DNA of 47,398 bases from Intoshia linei (Eukaryota; Animalia; Orthonectida), in NCBI GenBank assembly GCA_001642005.1, contig LWCA01000148.1, forward strand, positions 1 to 47,398, read 5' to 3'. A model generated the notes under the pieces. The model was not told the origin of the DNA and ran no database searches. It worked only from the letters and a program-made list of their open reading frames with translations. This document shows positions 1 through 11,100 of this stretch, piece by piece; the stretch's first letter is position 1; each line of letters begins with the position of its first letter. A program made the translations under genes and the position numbers.

Positions 1-762
1 TGTAGCAGTTAACTTTTCAGACGCTATCAATGATTTACCTAAATATGGTAAACCATCAAAGGTATATTTTGTAGCAGAATCGACAATTAAAAACAATTTC
101 ATTCCGTAGCGTACTGGTTTCATTGGCATATACACACAAAATTTTACACGACCTCTAAATGGAATGAGTTGTTCGTCAATTACAACATTTTCACCAGGTA
201 TAAATGATTTTCGACAATTTTCAATAAATAGCTCCCATATATTACGAAACGCAGCCAATTTATCATTTTTATTTCTTGTTTGTACATCATCAAATCTTAA
301 ATTTGTCGAAATGTCCCTAAATCTATTTAAAGACATCGTTGCTCTGAATACGTTTCTCCCAAGAGGCCCACATTTCCACATCATGGTAGCATTTTCCTTA
401 CTACTTTTGCATAATCCCGACATAATCAAAAGTCCAATGAATGCTTTCAATTCTCTACTGTCTATACTGAAAACTGAAACTGAAAATTTTAAATGTAAGA
501 AATTTGCTCGGTCATTTGTACATTTCACTATAATATCCAACACTTTTTGATCAATAAATTTCATAAAGTAGCCCACTCTAGATTCATATGTTCTGATGTT
601 TACATGTTCTATAAATTGTAATGTTTGACGTGGGATTGGTTTATTGGACCAAATAGTATCAGTTTTTGATATAGAATATTTATTTTCCGACATATAACCT
701 GTGCTAGCGTCAGAATATTCGCTGTCACAGCTTTCACTACTTGTATCATTATTTTCATTCAT
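1..762 (-). CDS. piggyBac transposase, N-terminal 254 codons; runs off the window edge
   Basis: Stop-free frame from ATG 762: MNENNDTSSES...ELKAFIGLLIMSG...FRATMSLNRF...RFDD...DKLAAFRNMWELFIENC...PGENVVIDEQLIPFRGRVKFCVYMPMKPVRYGMKLF. These are canonical piggyBac motifs including the first catalytic Asp. Confidence 0.95.
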   Translation of the reverse strand, partial: MNENNDTSSESCDSEYSDASTGYMSENKYSISKTDTIWSNKPIPRQTLQFIEHVNIRTYESRVGYFMKFIDQKVLDIIVKCTNDRANFLHLKFSVSVFSIDSRELKAFIGLLIMSGLCKSSKENATMMWKCGPLGRNVFRATMSLNRFRDISTNLRFDDVQTRNKNDKLAAFRNIWELFIENCRKSFIPGENVVIDEQLIPFRGRVKFCVYMPMKPVRYGMKLFLIVDSATKYTFDGLPYLGKSLIASEKLTAT

Positions 763-1005
763 TTTGAGATAAAATTTCTATTAATGAATTAATTATTTTT
801 ATTATTAGTTTAGTTATTTACCGATAGATGATTGAAGAGTTTGTTGATATAAATAATTTAAAAGGCGTAAAGATTTTTTACAAATGTTAATAAATTTATA
901 AAATGATTGATATTAAAATTGATCACTAAATTTTATTATACTAATAAAATACATCAAAGGAAATTGGCTTGTAGATTTACAATACGTTATGCGTTTAAGT
1001 GTTAA
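1..1005 (-). mobile_element. piggyBac element 5' part with candidate left terminus
   Basis: Minus strand reads TTAA|CACTTAAACGCATAAC at 1005-986, about 240 bp upstream of the transposase ATG. The partner TIR lies outside the window. Confidence 0.6.
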
Positions 1006-1499
1006 ACGATACTAACTGTTTGTTTTCTACGAATTGAGCATAAAAGAACTGCAATATGTGATGATTCATTCTTGTGTCAGGTTCGTTATCGACGACTACA
1101 AAGTTGTTATATGAATAATAATTCACAAAAACTTCATCAGATGGGTCGAATTTATGCATGACTGAAATTTTATCGTAAACACGTCTGCGGATATCTGTTT
1201 GATCGATGAATTCATGAATTATTGCTTCTATAATTTTCTCAACACTATTATACTGGTATTCATTGTATTTTAGTTTTGTCTTTGTAACGTAATAAGTTTA
1301 ATTAAAGTAACAGAAAAATATAAAACAGCTTTTATTATTAGAACTTTAACTTTTGTATTTTCTGTCACCGTAGCGACCCGCTACAGTCTTCCATCAGATT
1401 CTAATTTTAATCTTTTATTATAAATTAAGCATTGCATATAGTTACAATCGATTTTTTTATAATTTTTTAATAGACATTTCTTTTAGAACGATATTATAT

Positions 1500-1913
1500 T
1501 AGTGAATTTATATTTATTATTTATTTGAATAAGTTGCTGTTTATTTTAGTTGTTAATAGCACGTTTTCTGGGGGAGGTTTTAGGATTATCTGTAATGCTT
1601 ACAGCAACTCTTTCGATTACGTCTTGAGTTCGAATTGACCTTTTTTTTCCAGATCGTGGTTTGTCCTTCAAAATTCTCGGCAGAATTGCAGAATTCTCGT
1701 TCTTTCTTCTTTGCTGTAGCGAATCATGATGAAAATTTAAGGCTTGATAATTAAACACAAATTTAGCAGACTATATAGGAAAATGTCGTAACTTTGATAC
1801 AATATTACCATAAAAATGTTCTTTTAAATAAATTAAGTTTCAACTTCATAGCGTTCTTAGTTTTCAATTTATTAACAAATTAAAAGGGTCAGTTAATTTA
1901 GGTTCACCCTGTA
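1500..1913 (-). mobile_element. Tc1/mariner 5' fragment (TIR plus degenerate N-terminal DNA-binding region)
   Basis: Minus strand TA|CAGGGTGAACCTAAATTAACTGACC at 1913-1887. Peptide DKPRSGKKRSIRTQDVIERVAVSITDNPKTSPRKRA matches the GRP-type linker and second HTH. Confidence 0.85.
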
Positions 1914-2350
1914 TCAGTAATTATTTTTGTCGGTAGCATTGGCATTCCTGTGAATCCTTCTTCATTATCATCGACGATATCGACTTCAAAGTACATTTAA
2001 GATCAACAATAGCTTGCAATAAATCACCATGATCTATAAGACCTCTTTTACTGTCCAGAACTATAATGTTCGTAAATTCAATTGTCTTATATTAAGTTCA
2101 ACAATAATTAATAATCAATGACTGGTCTCGTCTGTACATTAGTCTTACATAATTACCCAAACCCATAAAATGTGATTGAATTTCTATGTCATGTAATGTA
2201 GCTGTTAAATTGTTCACTGGTTTAATGTTTTGAATAGCTATTTAATGACTCTCCCTAAGCAATATAGATACATTTAAATTTTTTACTTCAAGTTTAAAAA
2301 AACAACAATGTTAATAAATTTTCTTGCGACTCCTAGTTGTAGAAGTCCTG

Positions 2351-2380
2351 GTATAGAATACACAGACAGTGAAAGGTTAA
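2351..2380 (-). mobile_element. Solo end of the piggyBac MITE family seen at 44190
   Basis: Reverse complement TTAACCTTTCACTGTCTGTGTATTCTATAC equals the left end of the 44190 element minus one C. Confidence 0.8.
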
Positions 2381-2493
2381 GGGATGGTAAACTTGAATTT
2401 TTTCTTTTGGATTGGATTAAGAGGTTTTTTCTTAGAATTGGTAAAATTGTATATTTTTTTTAAAAATATTGGAAAAAAGGATTTTTCCCTTAA
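2377..2493 (-). repeat. ~115-bp TTAA-bounded dispersed repeat, copy 1
   Basis: Reverse complement aligns end to end with 6937-7048. A partial copy is near 9755-9790. Confidence 0.75.
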
Positions 2494-3051
2494 GGGTTCG
2501 TAAATTTGCACTGTAAAGAAGTATTAACACTATAATTATAATATTTAGAAGATTTAATACAAGCAATGAACCCTATACGTGTGGAAATATGCGATCCTTT
2601 TAAACCTCTGAATATGGTTTTTTACTGTAATATATATTGGAATCTTGAAATTTCAGGAAATGTATAGCTTAAGAGAATTCAATAAATTTAATGTCAACAA
2701 AGCTTTGAATATTGATGTATATTTTTATATTTAAATTTTTAATTAATTTACACACAATTGTATAATTCATTAGATAATTATGGTTGCCATTTAATGAGTC
2801 ATTTGATTTCGATAATTAAGTGAAAATTTGTCTTTTTCTTGAAACTATTTATATTAAAATTATCAACAATCTTTTATTTTTTATAGGCGACTAATATTGT
2901 ACTACACATTTTATATTTTTTATTATTAGATTATTATTACTATATTTTAGTATCAATTTTATAGATATAAAAATGTATCTTGCTGACAATAATTAAACTA
3001 CTTTAACATGTATAAACTTTTTGTTAGCTTGATTAAATCAATTTATTGAGC

Positions 3052-3563
3052 ATGCCATTGTCTGCTTACATTTGGTTCATTTAATTTTAAAATGTAGTCA
3101 TTTTAATTGTATCAACCACAAATTATTAAATTAACAAATTGTAAAATATGTTTAGTACAGTACAGTCATCGAAGAGGAAATTGTTTTAAGACATGAAAAC
3201 AATTTGTTTAAAAATAAAAGAACCCTAGCAAAATTGAATGAACTTGGACCCAAAAAGTTTGAATCGATATTAAAACCAACTACCTCAAATTTTTCTCTAT
3301 CGTCTACCAATAATCAAAAATTAACCAATCCTATTAAAAAATTTGAATTACTAAAACCTGTTCAAATCTCTCTTGTTAAAAGCGAAAAGAATGAGAAACA
3401 TGACTTTACCAATTTTGAAATTTTTGAAGACGCTAAAGATCAATTTAAAAATTTGGAATTAGATTCCATCAACGAGGAAGAAGAATTAAAAAAAGTAATT
3501 GTAATATTTAGCATATTATAATTTTTATTTTAGATGTTTATGCCTTTTACCAAAAATACCTAA
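3052..3563 (+). CDS. ~128-aa orphan, securin/APC-C-regulator-like (D-box-like and ABBA motifs)
   Basis: Exons 3052-3074 (tentative), 3161-3494 and 3534-3563. Basic N-half with RHEN and KRTLAKLN; acidic C-half with FEIFED and EEELKKMFMPF. Confidence 0.55.
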
Positions 3564-4171
3564 AATTGTAATGACATGTAAATATTAAAGTTTGTACTTT
3601 GACAGAGTCAGTTATGTCTACGAATTTTTTTTACGTATTTATTGATTCTTAAATTAAATTAATCAATACTCATTAGAGTTTGTATGCGATATTGATTTAG
3701 CAAAATGTGTTTCTATATTCTAATCCCGACACAATCTGAATCGATCATTCTTATACTCTAGTTTATATGGGTGTGTATCTACATGTATATTTTCACTTCA
3801 TCTAAACATTTGTATTTCAATTTCATGTTGATACAACACATGTTTAAAATTGTTATAAACTGTATCAAATTTCTAAATTGGACATTTTATATAAATCGCA
3901 CTAAATTTATTTAATTTATTCGATTCAATATGTGGTTTGGAAATCCGTTAAATTGCTACATTTCTTTGGTAAGTTTTTTCATTTAATTATAATTATTCGG
4001 TCCAATGAGTTATTAGAAAGTGTGATTTTTCCTTTATTCTGATCAATTTAAAGCTAAATTTTAGCACATTTTGTTTGCAATTAAGAGGGTCGCCATTTTA
4101 CTTAAATTTGTTATATGAAGGACTAATGTTTCTCGGTTTAGCCCTATTTGCAACAAATAAAGATAAACTTC

Positions 4172-6084
4172 ATGTATGCCAATATGAGGCAACCGTATTT
4201 GTATTTGCCTACCGTAAATCCATTGCTAATGTATCCAAATATCCCACAAAATCCTCCTCATACCGTATCTAATGTTACAATTCAAGCTAAAGCTAAATTG
4301 AACAAACCAGTCGACGCGCATACTGAAAAACTAAATGAGAGTGAATGTAAAGTGATTGCCGTTACAAAAAACGATGTTTCTAGTGTAAGTATTTATAATT
4401 ATAATGGAACGGCCAATAAAACTGTAAAAAAATCAACGGCACTAAATCATCACACTTTTAACTCGGTCTGTTCAAATCTGACGTTTATATTTAAAATTAT
4501 TATGTCGCTAGTTGCAGAACTCTCAGAGTCTCACTGATACCCCTCTTGGGCCTCATTTTCCAAATTGAGCATGTAAAAATTATATTCTTGATATCGTAAC
4601 TATTTCGTATGTTCAATTTAAAATGTAGCCAAGAAATTTGGAGGGATGCTAGGCTATGTCACCACGCATCGTTTGCTAAATTTTTAAGTGTTTATTTTTC
4701 ATTTTCGGTGGCCTCGAGCTTGGTATGTTCGACTCTAGTCTTGATAATGTTTAAAAATTTAAACACAAAATTTGCAGTGCACACATAAAAATTTAGGAAA
4801 TTGAAACTGATAAAAACAGCAAAGCTGAAACCCCACAAATTATAGCTAAACGTTTGCACATATCAAATATACCATTTCGATACGTAGAAAATGATTTGAA
4901 AATCATGGCTGAGGTTTTTATTATGATATCTTATAATAATCAATATAGGTTTACGGGAAAGTAATAAACTGTGAAATAATATTTAACGAAAGAGGCTCCA
5001 AGGTATTATATGAACAAATATGGGAAATAAAATTTGTACATAATACTATATTTATTTTATAAATTCATTTAGAAATTATTAAGCTATCTAATTTTTAAAA
5101 ACTGGTAAATTTCAAAATTTTAGAATGATTTGGAACAGTGCTTCTCAAATTGGTTGATATCTTCAAATTATACTCTGAGTCATTTTTCTGGGATGAATCA
5201 GATTGATCTGAGTGTTTCTGAATATTATTCACCAATTATAATTTTTGAAATATGTATTATATTCTTAATAAAAGGTACAAAATTTGATGGATTAATCATA
5301 AGCTATAGTCAATGTTCCAGTGGCTTGATGGTATCCCTTGATTATCGGGGGAAAATTTTTTCGATTGATGAACGATGGAAAAAGTTTGAGAAGTACTGAT
5401 ATTGAATGCTACGTAGTTTGCAAATTTAAAAATTACGGAATGAATGTTGTTGAATGAATTATAAATGAAATTAATTTCATATAAAATAATTAATTTTTTC
5501 TTTAGGGCTTCGGATTTGTAACTTTTGAAAATGCACTAGACGCAGAAACAGCTAGAAAAGATTTGAATGGAAAAATAATAGAAGGCCGAAAAATTGAAGT
5601 CAATGATGCTACAATACGATCAAAAAACCGAAAAAATTTACGTAGGAAAACTAATTACAAATTATTTGAAAATAATTTAGATGAATTTATTTTTCAAAAA
5701 TATCAAAAAAACCTAATCAATTCGTAATATTGAAAATATTGTTATAATTATTAAAAATTTTTAGAATATATGACCCGCATACGGCGTTATACTATTCTGG
5801 TCAATTTGATGTAAACTGATAATTGGTTAAAATATATTTAAACCTAGAATATGAACATGAATAAATTAAATCAAAGCATGATTTCTCAAATGATATATCC
5901 CAATAATTTTGCAGAGTAAATCAATTTCATATATACTTTTTTATAATTATAAAAAATTAGAATACAAAAATACACACCAGATAAACAATTTTACAATCCT
6001 CATTATGCAGTAAATTTAGTATAATTTGTCTATAATTTAAACTAGAAGTTTTACAAGACCAATCAAAGATTTAATCCATATTAA
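4172..6084 (+). CDS. RBFOX: RNA-binding Fox-1 homolog (RRM), 8 exons
   Basis: Spliced [12 protein letters not shown]...[18 protein letters not shown]|[36 protein letters not shown], ending in RFNPY* (PY-NLS, cf. RFAPY). Confidence 0.95.
4520..4740. repeat. Dispersed MITE-like family A copy
   Basis: Shares CAAATTGAGCAT...GCTATG(A/T)CAC...GTGGCCTCGAGCTTGGTA with 21840-22040, 34945-35135 and 35560-36255. Confidence 0.75.
5136..5398. mobile_element. hAT-type MITE in an RBFOX intron
   Basis: TIRs CAGTGCTTCTCAAA / TTTGAGAAGTACTG; 8-bp flanks ATTTGGAA / ATATTGAA (6/8). Confidence 0.8.
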
Positions 6085-6231
6085 TTGTTTAAAATAAAAC
6101 ATTACATTTATTAGATGCTGATATATACAATAAACCTAACAAGATTGATATTTGAATACTTTGGAAATCTTGTTTATTGCGTATTGTCATTTATCGATGC
6201 ATGGCCTAAGTTTTTATTAGCGGTAACTTTC

Positions 6232-7955
<1,724 letters not shown>

Positions 7956-8189
7956 TTAAAATCACTAATTGTAAAAAAATGCTTTTTGAAAAAAATTGAT
8001 TTATAATTGTAACTATGATCGTCAGATTATTTTACACGCTGTAGTTCAAATTATTTAATCGTTAATATAGCAATATACGTATAATATCGTTGTTGTAGTA
8101 TTTATAGATTCCAATTTGTAAGTAGGGTTGAATAAACTATTGATCAAATTAATATATTGTCCATTTTAATTTATTATTTGGTGTACATT
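7956..8189. promoter_or_regulatory. Putative bidirectional promoter for PP1 and PPIL2
   Basis: Divergent ATGs are only 234 bp apart. Confidence 0.7.
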
Positions 8190-11100
8190 ATGGGGAAAAA
8201 ACAACATCAAAAGGATAAAATGTAATTTTTATCCAAGAATCTATTTTCTATTTAGCTTTGTGCCTTTTTTGGTGTTATATTATCATAATTAGGCAAATTA
8301 TCGGTGATTTACATCAAATAATCATTATAGTTTTCATCAAAATTGTCATACATTATTTTGACTCCAATTCGCTAATGTTGCGACTATATCATTTTAACAT
8401 TGTGTAGAATTACGTGTCATAAATAATAATTAACTATAGATATTGTTATATATTAAATTTTATTAGAAAAATTTTCAAAAATTACTTGGACCCCAATAGT
8501 AAGATAAAATTTTCTAAACAACATTATGATGATGACTCATCATTGATGATATAATACTGTATTTATAGATTGAAAAATTATCAATTTATTTTTTATTTCA
8601 GGTATCTAACTAATACAGAATGGAAAGAATTGTATGGGGGGAGAGAAGCAGCTAAAGCTACTTCAATAGTTAGAAAAAGTAGACAAGAATTTAAAACTTT
8701 ACCTTTGGATACTTGTTGGTTTGATTTTAATTTATTTTAAAAAATTTTAGTTATTTTTTTACATTTCTTTTAGTTTATCATTTACAAAATTCAAAAATCC
8801 TTATATGACCCCGGATGGATATGTCTTTGATATATTGTATTTTTTTATTCAATTTTTAGTTGATACCTGTCATTACAGAGATACTTTATACATAAATGTA
8901 TAGTTTCATCATTTATCAACTTTTACTTTATGGTAGTATAGGTTTATTTTTTTCAAATTTTTAAATCTATATTTTGAGCTATAATGGGATATCAATCGAA
9001 GCACTTTATGCTATTATGAATAACCATATTTTTAAATACATAAATTAATTTTCTATGGTTAAATTTAATTCTTGACTCAAGAGTCTTGAGTCTCAGTTTG
9101 ACATGGTTGATCTGAATATATTTCCAATTTAACTAAACAATTTTCCATATAGAGCAATTGTACCATACATAAAAACGTACGGACAGCATCCTGTAACCGG
9201 AAAGGTATTTATTGGTGTAAATTTAATATTATGAAGATTTTCAATTGGGATAGTCACTTTTGTAGTGTTTTGTTGTCGAACTTTATTTTAAGGTGTATGC
9301 TATTTTGACATCCATTCTTTAGAGCAGAGGTGGGAAAGTGCGGCCTTCTGAACAATTTGAATTATTTTTCATTTAAGATTATTTTATTTATTATATGAGC
9401 CATTCTCTAGCAAATAAAATATAAACATTTCAATTTAAATGACTTACAGGAAATAATATCCAAGACCCATACTCATAGATAGACTTAAAATGTGCGTAAA
9501 TAGCGTGCAACATGGTTATTAGCATTATTTTAGATATAAGTAAATACTAAACGTATATTTACAATTAAAAACCGTTACGCGTAAAAAATATGATAAAATT
9601 TGAAAATCTGTTTTTTTGATTCTTGTGAATATTTAATTAATTGAGGTTTTGTAATAATTTTATAATAGATTGAATAGTGAGATAAGAACGTAGTTAACAG
9701 ATATTTCTAAAATTCAAAAAAAAATTTTCTTGGTTTTTTCTTTTGGGATCAGGTAAAGGGATTTTTGCCTTAAGGGTTGGTAAATTTTAGTTTTTTCTTA
9801 TATTTTATTCAATTAAATAAAATATAAGAAAAATGTATCATTCACCCCATGAGATGCACTGTTGTATTATTCAGCTTGTATATCAAGGGTCCGCAACCTT
9901 TTGCGTCTCGTCGGTTTTTTTCGTCACTTTTTTTATCAAAAAATTCAACCGTTTTTGAAAATTTACATATGATAAATTTCAATTTTAACTGGAGAGAAAC
10001 GGTTCTAGTATATTCAACAGAATAATATCCAGGACGATTTGAAAATTCAGAGCTAAAATGATTATAATAAGCCAATTATGGTAGAAAAATGTTTAAAAAT
10101 TGAAAAATGTAAAAATAAATAATTTACATATTTACTCAAGGGTCACCAAAATTATTATGTAGGACACTTTTGGTCCGCGGGCCACTGGTTGTCGACAGGT
10201 GCTGTATATGATTAAATTTTATTTAGAAAGATGCGGCCTTATTAAATGTTTTTGAACGTTAATGCTTCCCCACCTCTGCTCTAGAACGACATTCATTTGA
10301 GCGATACATCTTAAAGCGACATAATCATCCATCCTACTAATTTATCATATTATTTATTTTTTTATGATATTTTTGTGGGTTTCTTTAGGGAAAATTTTTT
10401 CACCCAATTTTTAAAGATTTTAAAGTTAATTTGGTAGGATTTTTAAGGGATTTTTTTACTCAATTTTTAAAAATTTTGATGATTTCAAAGAAAATTTTCC
10501 TTAAAAAAACCCTACCGAATTTTAGACCAAATTAATCTTCAAAATTTTTTTTTAATTTTCGGACCGTGAAGTCGTCACTTATTCAGATTTAAATTTTTGT
10601 GTGTGTTAACAGGATACAACTGTACTACCTGTAAATTTTTTGAAATTCTAGGGCTGTTATCATTAAAAAAAGAAGGGTAATTTGTGGTTTTGGCCCTGAA
10701 GATATAATTTTTTTAAATTTAAATTTATGATAATGTTTATGATTTTAAAATCCGTATCAGCATATATATTTTTTTAAATTCTCCAACTCGTTTGATTTTT
10801 AAAAAGAGGGACAATTGAGGTTTTTGACCCGTAATATGTGAGTTTGGGAGGTTGAAATTATATTTGCGAACACCCCCGGAAAAAAACTGTAATTGAAATG
10901 TGAACTTTATAAAATTCTAAGATGGGTAGTTATTTAAATAAAGCTGAACACACAGACAAACAAAAATTGCGTAGCATATTATATAAGTTAGGATTACCTA
11001 AATTCCTTTAAAATAACTGGAAAGTGACCATCTCTATTGACAATGTTTGTATTTACTAATGAATAATGTAGTTACTGACCTTGAAATCTTTGGTTCAATT

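Larger units (their letters stand above)
1920..2607 (-). pseudogene. Three-exon gene fragment of unknown family with one premature stop
   Basis: Phase-compatible GT-AG exons 2607-2561, 2254-2149 and 2085-1920 give RFKRIAYFHTYRVHCLESH*IAIQNIKPVNNLTATLHDIEIQSHFMGLGNY|TIEFTNIIVLDSKRGLIDHGDLLQAIVDLK... Confidence 0.45.

Noticed and set aside
164-550. 128-aa plus-strand ORF
   Set aside because: Antisense shadow of the piggyBac transposase.
5130-5399. 89-aa ORF
   Set aside because: Coincides with a hAT MITE inside an RBFOX intron and has no recognisable motif.
6198-6203. TGCATG (RBFOX site) downstream of RBFOX
   Set aside because: A single hexamer lying beyond two AATAAA signals; expected by chance.
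8521-8575. Clustered TGATGA (C-box-like) in PPIL2 intron 1
   Set aside because: No convincing D box with terminal stem, and no recognisable rRNA guide.
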